A stretch of DNA of 63,538 nucleotides, filler included, from Folioceros fuciformis (GCA_049999805.1; 9 parts of 9 records of this genome joined end to end with filler, not necessarily neighbours in it); one strand, 5' to 3'. Positions 12,141-26,208 are shown, numbered from the whole stretch's first letter. Notes: generated by a model from the letters alone, not told the origin. Numbers and translations: made by a program.

Positions 12141-14688
12141 ATGAAGCTCGGGGCTGGGACAGCTACGGCCGGCCGCACCACGCCATCGCCACCAGCAGCA
12201 ATTGCAACCGCGGGAGCAACAGGGGGAGGAAGAGGAGGAGGTCCGGGAGGACTGGCGTCACCCAGGGTGGTGGCGTTGCGGCTCCTGCGACTCTCGCACG
12301 ATTATGGCGTCCGCTCTCTCGGCCGCTGGCATCAGGATGTTGCCGCTCTTTCAGCCTGCTGGGATCAGCACACAAGCACGAGCAAGGGCCGGGACAAAGG
12401 CCTGTATCCCTGCCTCGCAACAGGACGTCGCTCCCGCGCCTTATCTTCTTTCCAACCGCGCTGCCTGAACAATGCTGTGGACCAGGCAGCCTCTCCGCGC
12501 AATGAGGACGACCTGCTCCGCTCCGAGCTCCTCTTCGCGCAGGCCGGGGTGGCCACGCTCGCGGACGGGCAGACGGAACAGGTCGTGAACTCCACATTGT
12601 TGCAGCTCTCGGAGCGGGAGCGGGAGCGAGAAAGGAAGCGGGACGCGAGCGTTGTCTCGCCGGATCTCAAGCTCGTGCCGGATCATGCCGAAAGCGAGCT
12701 GGAGAAAGAGGCCTGGGAGCTGCTGCGGGCTTCCGTTGTGTCCTACTGCGGCAGCCCCGTGGGAACCCTGGCGGCATGTGATCCCAACGATGCAAGCCCG
12801 CTCAATTATGATCAGGTCTTTATCCGGGACTTTGTGCCGTCCGCCATCGCCTTTCTGCTCAAGGGAGAGCATGACATTGTCAGGAACTTCATTCTGCATA
12901 CACTCCAATTGCAGGTCAGCATCTCGCAGCCATTCTTGTTCCTCTTCTTCCCATGCTTTTCGGCCGTCAATTTGCGTCCTTTGCTGAGCCGGTGAGGGAT
13001 TTGTGGTGGAGCAGAGCTGGGAGAAGACGGTAGACTGCTACACTCCTGGCCAAGGCTTGATGCCAGCCAGTTTTAAGGTTCGGACTGTGCCTCTGGAGGG
13101 TGGCGATCCGGATGCCACCGAAGAAGTGTTGGATCCCGACTTCGGGGAGGCTGCTATCGGCAGAGTGGCACCAGTCGACTCAGGTAGGTTCCTATTCCGT
13201 GCTTCCTTGCTTCGCATGCTGCCTTTCCTCGGCCTTGAGACTCCTCTCACTGAGAACTTCATGCCTCCTGGATTTATCAGGTTTATGGTGGATTATCCTT
13301 CTTAGGGCTTATGGCAGGAGCACTGGAGATAAATCGTTGCAGGATCGGGTTGACGTCCAGACGGGCATTAAGATGATCCTCAAGCTCTGCTTAGCGGATG
13401 GTTTTGACATGTTCCCCACCTTGCTGGTCACGGATGGATCATGCATGATTGACAGGCGGATGGGCATTCACGGCCACCCTCTGGAAATTCAGGTACCCTT
13501 ATCTTGGAGCCGAACTTCCTCCACATGCTGATCCGTAATTCTGTGATCGAAACTCTTCTCATTCACTGATATGTTCTCTGATCATATGCGAGCAGGCCCT
13601 ATTTTATTCTGCCCTTCGCTGTGCACGTGAAATGCTTGTTCCTGAGGATGGTGCAATTGAATTGATACGGGCCCTCAACAGTCGCCTCAGCGCCTTGTCA
13701 TTTCACATCAGGGAGTACTACTGGGTAGACATGAGGAAACTGAATGAGATCTACCGATACAAAACAGAGGAGTACTCCTACGATGCAGTGAACAAATTCA
13801 ACATCTATCCAGAGCAGGTTTCTCCCTGGTTGGTGGAATGGATGCCTGAGCAAGGAGGATACCTAATCGGCAACCTGCAGCCTGCCCACATGGATTTTCG
13901 AGTTTTCTCGCTGGGAAACCTGTGGTCGATAGTTGGCTCCCTTGCAACCCAAGAGCAAGCAGAAGCCATACTTGACTTATTTGAAGCCAGATGGACAGAT
14001 TTTGTGGGCAATATGCCACTCAAGATCTGTTTCCCTGCTTTTGAGGCGGAAGAGTGGCGGATTATCACCGGCAGTGATCCCAAAAATACGTGAGTTTCTT
14101 GACAGAGCAGTCTTTGCCTTTTGCTTAGTAGGTCATGTTCCCCTTATCTGTTCATCTCTCTTACGTAACGGATGTTGTTCTATTGCACACAGCCCTTGGT
14201 CCTACCACAACGGTGGCTCCTGGCCCACGCTCCTCTGGCAGGTAAATTTCCAGTCCTTGAGAATTTCCCAGGTCTGTGAAGAGGGTGTGTGTGCATACGG
14301 TAGTAACAGTGAAAGCTGGAAGGTGGTGTACTCAAACGAATCTGTTTGGGGTCTTCTGTTGCAGTTCACTGTGGCCTGCATCAAAATGAACCGGCCAGAG
14401 CTTGCCCAAAGGGCCGTTGACGTTGCGGAGAAGAGGATCTCTAGAGATCGGTGGCCTGAATATTACGACACTCGAACTGCCAGGTTCATTGGGAAGCAGG
14501 CCCGGTTGTATCAAACTTGGAGCATTGCAGGCTATCTAGTCGCAAAGCTGTTGCTGGCTAACCCACAAGCAGCTCAGATCCTTACTTGTGAGGAGGATAT
14601 TGCCCTACTTGAAGCAACCACCTGCCTGTTGGAAGCGAATCCTCGAAAGAAGAGGGGCAAGAAGGTGCCCAAACCCGTCATCGTGTAA
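12141..14688 (+). CDS. Alkaline/neutral invertase (GH100), organelle-type; exons ~12141-12914, 13015-13183, 13281-13492, 13596-14089, 14193-14241, 14365-14688
   Basis: [91 protein letters not shown]. All introns GT-AG and in frame. Long N-terminal extension is consistent with a transit peptide. Start codon uncertain. Confidence 0.95.
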
Positions 14689-15261
14689 CATGTAATGTGT
14701 GAAACCATCATCTCACAGTAGCAAACTCAGGGTCGTCATGGCCACCACCTACATTCATGATCCATGGTGAACGTCAGTGAATCATCTGGTTACTTCTGTA
14801 CTTGTCTGTAAGCGTTCATTATGTAATATCTTCTCGGTGTACTCACTCCCATATATACAATTTATCACGTGCCAAGGCACTATTCGTCCGCGGCCTGAGG
14901 TCATTCTCGCAGCACTGCTTCCATCGCGCAGGGTGTTTGTGCTCTCAATGCTGTTGACTAGAAACAAAACCGAAGAAAGTAGGTGTCTTAAATCTGTCAT
15001 GTCGGGACAGTCGTGAGTTGATGTACAAAAATATGCCTTGTTTTGAGTTTTTTCTGGTGAACATACAAGACTGTTCTAGGGCTCTGCTCCACATTCCTTG
15101 TCTGCAAGTACATGAGAAACTTCCACCTGATCTGCTCTGGTGTGGAAACCCACAAAATAGCACAGGGCAAGCCTTGCTGCGTGCGTCCAGTACAGGGAAC
15201 TGAAACTTCCTGGATCCTCCTCTCTGGCCGGTGGCAGGACCGTAATGTTGGAGTGAGTGCT

Positions 15262-16366
15262 TCACTGGTTCAGAAAATGGGCAAGAGCCTTCTCCTCGTC
15301 GTTGTCGTAGGTATGCAACACTCCAGCCACTTCTTCAGAGGGAAAGCCCATCTCTCGTAACAACATGTACACGGGGCAGAAATCCACCACCTGCAAACAA
15401 GCCCAGTGAGGGGAAACACTTCACTCACTGTCCACCCCTGACGACCCATCGAGCCAAGCCGAGCCAAGCCAAGCAAAGCCAAGCAGCGGGAGCCCCGAAA
15501 TCCTATGCCTCACGAAACGAAGGACCTTGTTTTGCACGTCCCCGAACGTTGCCACTGCCATTGCAACAGCCTCCTTGTTCAATCCCATGGTCACATACTT
15601 GGCAACAACTGGATCTTCTGGCGCAGCCTGGAAACAGACAATTCCTCGATTTTCATTCCACACATCCACAGAGCAAACCACACACACCACAAGGCAGAAC
15701 GGAAGCACATATGGTTGAAGACGAGAAGGGTCTTAGGGTGGTGTTGACTCACCGATGGCATGGCCGTATCATCCCCGTTGGCTTGCCGCAGAGCTTCAGA
15801 GGGTCCTCGAGGCCAGGCTCCCGATTCCAGATCCTGAATCAACCGGCGCTCGAACTCGAAGTCGAATTGGAACAGGCTCCTAGGCACCTCGTTGGCCGGG
15901 GGTTGCAATTGAGCAGGGGCAGCAACCTGGTACTCTCGCTTGATCACAACTGTGATGCCATAACCGCCTCCTTCTACAACCAAACCCATTGGCAAACACA
16001 TCAGATCCAATCCATCCAGACCTGCGATGCTCCAGCAGCAAGCAGCAGCATCCTTTCCTGAGGGGAGCAAGCTGCCTGCAAGCAATCAAGAGAGTGAACT
16101 TACTACTCACGTGGAGCAGATGGAGCAGCCGTAGGCACCAGGGGAGGAGGTCGATTGGTGGGCGGTCCTGCGGTCTGTCCAATCCGCGGATAGAAGGGGG
16201 GAGGTTGGCTGTGGCCCGGCGAGGGGACGCCGCCCGTGGAGGAAGACGCGATGCGGTTGTAAGGAGGAGGCGGCTGCGTTGGTGGGTATCCCATAGGCCT
16301 GTTGAAGGTTGTGAGCTGCTGCGGAGCCGCGGTGGCCCCCTTCCGGTAATCGTACGTCGCGTCCAT
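15262..16366 (-). CDS. UBAP1-like protein (UMA region + C-terminal UBA-like domains), putative ESCRT-I-associated; exons ~16366-16111, (16075-16022 optional), 15973-15753, 15627-15526, 15390-15262
   Basis: MDATYDYR...PPFYPRIGQ, GITVVIKREYQV...FQFDFEFERRLI, DPVVAKYVTMGLNKEAVAMAVATFGD and LREMGFPSEEVAGVLHTYDNDEEKALAHFL match the conserved plant UBA/UMA family as I recall it. Canonical splice sites. Confidence 0.8.
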
Positions 16367-16521
16367 GTATCCCCCAGCAGCGCGGCAGCCAGCACCCAGC
16401 AGCAAGAGCAAGCAGCGGCAGGAGAAGTGGAAGATTCAATCCACACGGCTTCTGCTCATCAGAAGTATGTATATAGGTTTTGTGTAGGCACACCCTCGAG
16501 GTGAGGCGTCTAAAAAGAAAC

Positions 16522-17860
16522 ATGGCCTCGGTGCAATGTGCTTTGTGGGTTCGGGTTCCTCCCGACCTCGGGCCCTGCCTATCCAGCACAAGGGAGGCTA
16601 CATGTCACCGGCAGCGGCACAGGATGAGGATGAGGATGCGGATGCGGATGAAGAAGAGCATGTACCGGTCTTCTTCTTCCACCATCCTCATGCGCGGGGG
16701 GAACGATGGGGACGAGGGATCTGCAGGTCAGTGCAATTATGTGTGCTGCTGATGCTGTTTTCGTGAGGACGTGGCTGAGGCCGACGTTGGGTGATAGGAA
16801 ACGTTCTTAGATGATAGTAGGTACCCATGGTGCTGCTTTGGTGGGTTGATGATGGCAGCAGGTGAGGATGCTCCCGAAACCTTGTTCCTGAGGGAACTCC
16901 GGAGGAGAGGCATGTCCAAGGGTGCAGCAGGGGGGCAGGATGCAGGCTCGTCTGTGGGCACGGAGGTGGACGTGGGCTCTTCTTCTTCTTCTTCTTCCTC
17001 CTCCTCCTCTTCTGCTGGTAGTGGGAAGTCTAACGAGGTTCCCACGGGGAGGAAAGTGCCATTGTCAGAAGGAGATCGGAACAACCAGCGGGCACGGTCC
17101 ATGGCTTTGAATAGCGAAGGCATCGATGTGAGTTGAGAGGAAAGGCATGGCGTGAATGAAGGTTTCGCATGTGTCAAACGAGGGGCACGCACGGGTAGGG
17201 AAGGGAAGCCTTGCTTCTTCAACTGTGATGGGATGTGTGTGGGGATGTGGTGCAGGGCTTGATTCCCAGGGCGTGGGAGCTGCTGAAGCTGGGGAGCTCT
17301 TTCGTGCTGCTCTTCTGGCCTTTCATGCTGGCGACCATTGCTGCCTTCGCTGCCGCGTACATTGTGAGTCCAGAGCCCGAGTAGATGAAAGAATTTCTGA
17401 CGGCAAGGCAATGCATGCATCTGCTTCATTTTTCATCCCTCCGCTTCCTCCTTGCGTGCCTGCATGTCTGGCTGCCTGCCGTTCTCTCTCTCTCTTTTTC
17501 TCTCTCTCTCTCTGACTTGTCTGTCTGTATCTGCCCCATCACTCACCGGGGATGTGATGATGTAATTGCTGGGCTGGACTGGTTTGCATGCAGTACCTCG
17601 GTGCAAGCTTCGTACACTCGGGAAGCGGGTACTACCAGCAGCAGAGTCGAGTCGGGACGCCAGCACCTTATGTGGATGCTTACAAGCTACTGCAAGAGCT
17701 GGAGCTGCAACAGCAACAGGAGCAGCGGCAGCAGGAGCGGGAGCAGGAGCAGGAGCAGATGCAGGAGCAGCGGCAGCAGGCCCAGCGGGGGGGAGGAAGC
17801 GTATCTTCCACTCAGGTCCTGCCAGCTCCTGCCCCAGTCCCAGGCCCAGGCCCACAATGA
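16522..17860 (+). CDS. Conserved uncharacterised plant membrane protein, probably plastid-targeted; exons 16522-16726, 16862-17127, 17256-17363, 17594-17860
   Basis: Conserved blocks PETLFLRELRRRGM, QRARSMALNSEG-GLIPRA, a hydrophobic segment FVLLFWPFMLATIAAFAAAYI-YLGASFVH, and PYVDAYKLL. Basic Ser/Arg-rich N-terminus. In-frame GT-AG introns. Confidence 0.75.
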
Positions 17861-19112
17861 TTCCCTTCCTTCAAGACAGCAGGAAAGCCAAGATTACAGG
17901 CCGTGGCAGGGCTCAGCAGACAGGCAAGAGGGCAGGCAGCCTATGCCCTGCGCTTTCTTGCACCCTCGCTTCCTTCCTTTTTCTTACATTCCATTCCATT
18001 CCACATTCTCCCAACCCACCAACATAGGGAGAGAGATTTTATTGTTTGGCTTTTTGTTGACCATGCACGCTGGCCCTTCCGCTGCCACTGGCGTGGGCAT
18101 GTCGTTCATTGCCACTGTCTCCAAAGACAATTGCTCTCTTCCGTGCACTCCACCCGGCTCCGACGCGCTCGAGCGGCCGAGCCGGAGCCCCAGAGCCTCA
18201 GCTCTCGCACAGTATCTCGGATCCTCCCACTTCCACAGACCCTGCGTACACAACACACATTCCATGTCGCATGCGGCATGCGCATGTCTCTCCCACGCGC
18301 TATACAGCATGCATGTATGGCATGCGAGTGGATGCGGCGGCGCATCGCCTCGGCCCGCTGCCCGCTGCCCGCTGCCCGAGGCCCCCTGCCCGCACCTGGC
18401 CTCCCCACATTCCATGGCGCGGGCATCGGCGTGGGGAATCCGGTGCCAGAACGTGCCCGGAGCTGCCCGGTCCCGGTCCCGGACTCGGACTCGGACTCGG
18501 ACTCGGACTCGGCCCCGGCCCCGGACCCGGACGGCCCGGGCAGGTGTGTGTATGACAGGCAGCCAGTGTCGGAATGTCGGTGGCCGGGAACCGGGATGAC
18601 CGGCACTACCGGGACCACTGGGGTTGACCGGGAACATAGAGAGAGGATGTCGGGGTGAGCATGCGGGTAAGGGCCGTGGCAGGCCCTGCCCGGGCATCTG
18701 GGGGTCACGCAAAGCATCGGTGACAGCAGCACAAGAGCTAAAGTGCGCGAGGGGCCCGCAAGGCCTGAAACGGGCCTCTATAAAATATTATGTTATGACG
18801 CATGGGGGCCATGAGGGTGACGCAAGCTGACAGGCCCAGTGCCGGCGCCGGCCCCACTGCCTTCCATTAACTTACGCTACCGGGAACCCCTCTCCATGTG
18901 CTCATCATTCCGCTTGCGTCGCTCGGTCCACCCCATCCGTACGCCTCCCGTTTCCTTTTTCCCGTTTCCCTCGTTTCCTACGTTCCTAATCTCATCCTAC
19001 CTTCTCCCGCTACGCCATCTTCATACTCTACAGTGTACATATATATACTCAAGAAGAACATACACTGTTCCTCCCTTTCCTGCCCTTCCCCCCTTCTCTT
19101 CCCTTCCCTTCC

Positions 19113-19212
19113 NNNNNNNNNNNNNNNNNNNNNNNNNNNNNNNNNNNNNNNNNNNNTTAATTAATTAANNNNNNNNNNNNNNNNNNNNNNNNNNNNNNNN
19201 NNNNNNNNNNNN
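19113..19212. other. Artificial contig spacer N44-TTAATTAATTAA-N44 (also at ~28256, 38607, 41417, 48789, 53795, 57509, 59984)
   Basis: Identical 100-nt unit occurring eight times. The core gives stop codons in all six frames. Confidence 0.97.
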
Positions 19213-19320
19213 CCTCTAATCTAGCCTAATCTCCTAACCACTTCTCTACGAAATTCAATCAGAAACCACAAAAACTAAGGGGAATCAAAATCCACAAACA
19301 CTACCATTTTCCAGGGGATT
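19213..19320 (+). repeat. Dispersed repeat shared with 53942-54030
   Basis: CTAATCTAGCCTAATCTCCTAACC..TTCTCTACGAAATTCAAT...CTACCATTTTCCAGGG occurs, with a few substitutions, at both contig starts. Confidence 0.8.
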
Positions 19321-20101
19321 TGTTCGTCATGTGGACTCCACACTCACCCAGCCCGTTGACCTCCTTACTTGTACCTTGGGCACCACCATGAGCTGTTGCA
19401 CCCCAACGACCCCATTGCTCACCTCTTGCAAGTCCTCATTGGCCTACTTCCACTTTAATCATGATGGCACTGGCCGTCCCATACCCTTAGTAAATCCATA
19501 GGCTTGCCTCTACAAGACTTAGCACTGAACCTAACTCCTGGAAAAAAAAGGAAAACAAAATAAAAGAAAAAAAGAAATGAAAATTCTTACTAGGCCGCAT
19601 CTCGCCCTTTCCTAACAAAAATTAGCTATGGTCAGTTTGAAATAGATTTCAATACTTTGATACCAATTATATATTTGATATTATATTTCATAAGAAATTT
19701 GTGTATATGAAGACTTGTAATAGATACTATGACCATCTTGTTTGTTTTTGAGGTTGCTACCACACTTTTTTCTCTAAATCATTTGATTAAAGGACATATT
19801 TATAGTTTCCATAATTATGTTTTGAATGCAAATGATTACCTGTTCTGCATTTTGTCCCTCAAACTTTTGAGACATCCAATTATCTCGGTTATTACTAAGA
19901 TATACAATTGCTTCATCAGTTAACCTTGGTAAGAAAAAGGCTGTTGCCTCATACATGGGTTTGGCAATTAAGTCAATGCATCCAGTGGTCATTGATCTAT
20001 TTACATAAATATACATATTAGTTAGTATCTCATTTTGTAGCATAGCTAAGAGCATATAGTTCAAGATTTATAAGTAGTTACTTATATTGCATAGCATTTA
20101 C

Positions 20102-20800
20102 TCAAATTTCTTTGCAAATTATGAAGAATTGAGAATTGCAATATGAATAAAGATTAAAATTCAACAAAAGACCATCAACCAAGCAGTATGGGGCTGTTCT
20201 GTGCAAGAACACTGCCCTACCCTCATGGCTCAATCTAGTTGGCATGATTCCAAACTCTAGAAATCTTCTCACTTCAGCTAGCAGCAACTATCTAGTACAA
20301 GGCCTCCCTAATCTATCACCACAATAGCTCCTCTTTTTAGAAGCTTTGCTAATCTCTTGATTGTTGTTAACCCTTGTAGAGGTTCCTCCTCCCTCTTGGG
20401 CTAGCTGTCCATCAACTTCTCCATCTCCTGTTGTATGTATAGTAGCTATTAGCTCCTCATTAGGAAACTTGTCATTGGTTTCTCTCACCTTCCCTTTGGT
20501 TTTGAGCCTGGAAATAAAATGAGCATTGACATAGCTCTTCATTGCCCTTGTTTCCATCTCAAAATCAAACTCCTAGAGCAAGAGAATCCACCTAGCTATC
20601 CTCTCTGATAGATTAGATTGTTCACAAGATACTTCAAGGCAACATGGTTCACATGAAACACTACATTACAAGCTAGAAGGTAGTGACCAAACTTCTTGCA
20701 AGCATAGATGATGCCCAAGCCCTCTTTGTTGTGAAGTAGTTCCTCTCCGCATTCGTGAGTTGCCTTTCGGCATAGAGGATAGAGTGATCCCTCTGCCTGT
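20102..20800 (-). mobile_element. Degenerate Ty3/gypsy pol fragment (RNase H to integrase linker)
   Basis: Minus strand reads ILYAERQLTNAERNY..., GIIYACKKFGHYLL, ARWILLL*EFDFE, NAHFISRL, with frameshifts and stops. Confidence 0.8.
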
Positions 20801-21634
20801 CCATAACATTTATGCGAACAAGAGGAAAAGAATGGGGTTCATCGAGCAAGTCAGTGTATTCATGATGAGCTCAACATATTTACTCAAACTCATTCTTCGG
20901 ATGAGAAGCCCCCTGTAAAATGGAAGTTCAACCTCTATAGGTTGTTAGGGATGACATATGAAGGGGGAGATCAGCACAACACAAACTAGGTACAAAAAAT
21001 GGTTGACATGCATACTCTTCCCTACAGAGTGGCAAGATGTAGTGGAGTTCTATGGGACGACGTGGACAAGATTTTTAGAATGTGAGAGAATTGTGGATTG
21101 CCGAAACAGGTGAGCATCGCTAGTACAGGTACAAGAAAAAGAGCTAAGGCGAAGAGGAAGGCCCCTGGGACTCTACAATTCCTAGTTCTAGCATGCAGAT
21201 GTCCAAAGACAACAACTGAAAGGTCGGGCCAATGCAAGGAAGGCTGTGGAGAGCCTTTCAAGGAGTCCCAACTGGTGGGAAGGGAGAGGAAATGCTCATT
21301 GCAGTCACACCAAAAGTCATTCAAGGGAAGCTCCATCTCAAAGACATGGATACTGAGGTAGGCAAGAAAAAGAAGATACACCTCATTCAGCATGCTTTCA
21401 GGATAGCAATGAAGCGTTCGACTTTTGAAGAGGCTGAAGCGATGTTCCCCAAACACACTGAAGATGGGCATCTCCTGAAATTCCAAACAACTTTCACGAA
21501 AGTGGTAAGTTTATATGATCTGCATTCTTCTGTCTGAAGTTTTGCCACATTTGTACTATTCTGCGCCATTGTCTCAATCTATGAGAGCATCATGGCCAAT
21601 ACTAGCTCCAGTGCGCCGGTAGAACGGTGCATTG

Positions 21635-21826
21635 TGTTACGATAGGTTATCATTAGGTAAACCTATCCACAACATAAATGATATTAAAGGGCATGTTTTA
21701 GGTTTGTATCTTTGAACTGTTCGTAGATAGTATATAAACATTTCTTCTTGTGTGGATAGTTTAATCTAACTATCAAAGTTTTGCAAGTTTTTGCTGCTGC
21801 TCTATTTTACACGTAGTATCAGAGCC
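21635..21826 (+). mobile_element. Short LTR (TG...CA, ~21635-21811) followed by a mutated tRNA-Met primer-binding site
   Basis: Starts TGTTACG and ends TTTTACA, followed by TAGTATCAGAGCC (canonical TGGTATCAGAGC with one G>A). A decayed gag-like region follows. Confidence 0.6.
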
Positions 21827-23039
21827 ATGTTTTCCTTTCTATGCTAAGAGTTCCTAATCATGCCGAGACGGGGTGGATCTAGAGGTAGTCAGGGTGGCGA
21901 GCCTTCAAGACACTATAGTCATGGAGGTCATCCACAAAGACAAACAACAACCTTGCCTCGTGACATGTTGTTGAACCTCTATGATCACAACCACCCTGTC
22001 TTCTAGCCAAATCACGTTGTGCCTCAACGTAGCTACACTCCTGGATTGGCTCCTATTCCTCAAAGGACTCCAGAAATTAATCGGTCTATAAGGAGCGCTA
22101 TCGCAAGAGAGAACAACATCCAGATTTGTTATTTACACCTAGACCTGAACCTTCTTCATGTCTGCAGTCTATAGCACAACAACAGAACAACACTATTAGT
22201 GATTCCACACAATTCAAGAACAACACTGGTGATAGAGAGCACTTGTAACCCTAATTTGTGTAGAGAAGGTGCTGTCTCTAGTGATCTCAAATTAGGAACT
22301 TATTAGGAGCAGAATTGACAGCCTAAATTCCAACATAAATCGTGCAATTTCAGAAAGCAAACAAGAAATTAAGCAGGGCATCAACTACTTGGCTGATCTT
22401 CTTCAACAAATGAACTCTAGGCTACAGGAATTTGTAATTGGCGACCCTCATTTAGTTGTGGATCAGCAGCTTCATCTTTCTTGAGCACTTCCACTGCGAT
22501 TGAGAGGAGCAATCTTGGCATAGGAGCAATCCATACCAAAATTTGAAGTGTCGCAAGACAACATGTACCTGTTTGCATTGTAGATCTTGTTTACATCTGA
22601 TTAATCCACCTGAAGGCGTCCATCTACATTGCAGGGACACAACGGTTAGTTTCACAAACCCTAATTCAGATTTTCTTAAAATGACATGAGCTTTTAGGGA
22701 TATGTTGTTGAATTTTTTTTTATGGCTAAGTATTTTGCTTAGGGTGTTTAGCACACAAGTTGTCTTAACCAGTCTCTAAGCTGCAGGCTAGTAATTGAGT
22801 ACACACAAGATGACCACTTCTTCTTTTTTCGCGAAGTACTAAAGCCCTTTCAAAATAAAATGATAAGTACAAAGGGCCCCCAAGGTTCGTATATGGACCC
22901 AATGAGGGAAGATGGCCACTTATCTATCCTAGAGGAACCAGAGATTTTTGTAGTCATTTAATTGTCCATGTCCATTGGTACTCAGTCGAATGCACTAGTC
23001 CATTAGTTTAGCCATCTTTGCTTGCAATCAAACGTAAGC

Positions 23040-26000
23040 ATGGGTTCAAATCAACCTTCAGCCTCGTTCACCTTTGATCTAAAGGAAAAAGATTGTTCTA
23101 AGGGAACTGGTTACTTCATTTGGCGAGTCAAGATCAAAGCCATTTTATTTGCTCGAGGAGTTTGGTCTAGTGTTGATGGCTCCTATTAGAAACCAGATCC
23201 CAACATAGATCCTAATGATTATGCCAAGTGGAAATACCATAATAGTGTGGCTATGGCCCTTCTTATCAACGGCCTGGATGCCAACCTGGTACCCAATATA
23301 GAATTCCTAGGAATAGCAAAGGAGATTTGGGATCAATTGGAGAAAACTTATCACTCCACTAATATGATGACCCTCTCAGCTGTACATATGGAATTCTACT
23401 CACTAAAAATCAAGGAGGGAGAGAAGATTGTTGCACATACCAGCAAGTTTTGACATATGAGAGCCCAAATCACATCACTTATTGGTCACAAGATGCCAGA
23501 AGTTGAGGATGTATCCCAACTCCTCATTAGTCAACCACCTTCATACCACAATTTTGTCACAAGCCAAAACGAACCTATCTAGCCTAAGGGAACTGCTATC
23601 CCTACTACCCTCCCTATTGAGGACATCATTGGAGTACTCTATCAAGAGTAACATGCCCGCATTCTCTCAGAAGTTGCTCCTAAGAATAGACCTAAGAAAG
23701 TTTTAGTTGTGAATTCTCACCCCTTCAAAGGCAAGGCAAAATTTAAAGGGGGAAATCAATTTTCAACTTATGCTAGACAGCAAACTGATTTTGCCAGCAC
23801 CTTATCTTCTCCAAAACGGCCAGGCACCTACAACTGGTGTGGTATTCCTGGCCATTGGGCCAAAGAATGCCGTAAGAAAAAGGCAAGAGTGCCTCAACGA
23901 CAACCCAGAGTAAATTTTGCTGTCAAAGGAAAGAGTTATGTAGATACTAAGGCACTAGTAAAGATACTCACTATATGCCTTTCCAGTTCTCTACATGATG
24001 ATGGCAGTTGGTACTTAGATTCCGGAGCCACCACCCATATTTGTAAAGACAGATTTATTTGCTACCCATGACCTTGGTCATGTCATGACAAGGTTATGCT
24101 TGGCAATGAGCAGAGTACAACCATCTTATAGGTTGAAGGCAAAGGTACTTGTATTTTCATATTGCAAGACAACACAGACCTTAGGTTAGAAGATGTCTTG
24201 TATGTACCAAATATGGCTAAAAACCTGATGTCCATGAGCCAACTACTCCGTTTACATACCTTTTGTATGCGTGCTGATTCTAATCACTGCTCCTTCTACA
24301 AAAACGCATATCTAGATGTTTGTGTTTTTAAAGGCATCTTAGACCATGATTTGTATAGACTGAACATTACTTGTAGTCAAGCATCTGCCCCTAAACATGT
24401 TGCACATTCCACTAGAAGAAATTCAATATGTGCTACGCAAGAGGCAATGCCATGGCATGCCAGACTAGGTCACGGAAAGAGGTCCAAGTTGATTGATCTG
24501 TCAACAATGGAATGTCAGAGAGAGCCACTTCCCAAATGTTTCAAGTACTTACCAGCTTGTGAATCTTGTACTTTGGCTAAGCAAAAGGAATCCCCGTTTC
24601 CTATTACTCCTGCCCACAGAGCCACACAAGTTATGGAGTTAGTACATGCAAACATATAAGGAAAAATCCAGGAACCGTCTTTAGGTGGCTCACAATATTT
24701 CTTTACCCTAACTAATGACTACACTCATTACACATGGACTTTTCCTATACATGTGAAGAGTGACACATTCCGTTGTTTTAAAGATTGGCTATTTACTGCT
24801 CAAAGACAATCAGGCATGCTTCTCAAGATTTTAAGGACAAACAATGGATCAGAGTTTGTTAATTCATCTTTTGATGAATTGCTTCAAGAGCATGGGATCC
24901 TTCATCAATTGATTGTACCCTACACACCACAACAAAATGGTGTTTTAGAAAGGAAAAACCAAACTCTACTTGGGATGACGAGGAGAATGCTGATTTGGGC
25001 AGGCCTACCTCAGGGATATTGGGCAGAGGCAATTGTCACGACAACCTACATATTGAACAGGGTTCTTACCAGCTCTATTCCTCAAAAGACTCCATATGAG
25101 GTGTTTTGCCATAGATGACCAAGCTTGCTCCACCTGAGGATTTTTGGATCAAAGGCATTTGCCTACATTCCCGCTGAAAAACGAAGGAGGTTAGATTCTC
25201 GTGCCCAAGGTCTCATTTTTGTGGGCTATAGTGAGCATGTCAAAGCTTATAGACTTTACAACCCACGAACTGATTCTCTGGTACTTTGCTCGAAGTGTGA
25301 CTTTTCTGGAACCAAGTGAGTCTACATATCAACTTTCATACGCTCCTGTAGCAATACTTGGAGATTCATATGTGTTATCCTCCTATGAAATACATGACTA
25401 CCCACTTGATGATATGGAACCTGCTGTTGTTCCTCCCCTACTACCAACTTTTGACATTGATGATGATGGGCAATCTTTTGATGTTCCTGAGGATGATCAA
25501 ATGGTACAGCTTCACCAAGATGATAATCTACCAATTAATGTTGAGCCTGCTCCACCTGCTCATGACAACCAACTAATTCGGAAACATGGAGAGCCAATCC
25601 AATAGAATGAAGAATTACTTATGGAACATGAGCTTGCAACAGAAGTACTTCATGTACTTGGTTTTGAACCAAGGCGCTCTACATGTCATCGTCCATCTTC
25701 CTCATAATGGGTAGAACCTAGATATCAATCCACAAACTTCAAGACAAATCTTGTTGTTAACCCCTCATCGCCAGATGAGCCTACTTCTTTATCTCAAGCC
25801 TTCAATGGTCCTGAACATGAACAGTGGAAATCGACTGTGGAGGACGAATATCAATCTTTGGTGAAAAATAAAACATGGGTACTAGCAGACCTACCTCTTG
25901 GACGTAAGGCCATTTCTTGCAAGTGGGTCTTCAAGTTGAAGCTCAATGCCAAAGGTGAGGTGGCTAGGTTCAAGGCCCACCTTGTTGCAAGGGGTTTACC

Positions 26001-26208
26001 CAGGTTGAGGTTTGGACTATCAAGAGACTTTTTCTCCTGTTGTCCGCTCCAAGTCTATTTGCATTTTGCTAGCATATGCCACATAATTTGACTTGGATCT
26101 TCAACAAATGGACGTTTGTACAACATTTTTGTATGGTACCTTAGACAAAAAACTTTACATGTTGCAGCCAGAAGGGTATGAAAATCAGAAATACCCACAT
26201 AAAGTACT
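23040..26208 (+). mobile_element. Ty1/copia gag-pol, pseudogenised, RT interrupted at 26208
   Basis: Copia domain order: gag, Zn-knuckle (WCGIPGHWAKEC), protease (WYLDSGATTHI), WHARLGH...CESC, integrase (YTPQQNGVLERKN), RT (LVKNKTWVL, AISCKWVFKLK, QQMDV). Many stops and frameshifts. Confidence 0.93.

Noticed and set aside
17385-18732. Overlapping 200-400-aa ORFs
   Set aside because: Produced by GC-rich microsatellites such as (GGACTC)n and CAG runs, and by overlap with the last exon of the membrane-protein gene. No domain evidence.
19113-19212. Recurring TTAATTAATTAA palindrome as a biological element
   Set aside because: It is always centred in identical N-runs and is an assembly or concatenation linker.
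21098-21537. Cys-containing ORF fragments in the TE island
   Set aside because: Frameshifted and unrecognisable. Probably TE debris, with insufficient support for a call.
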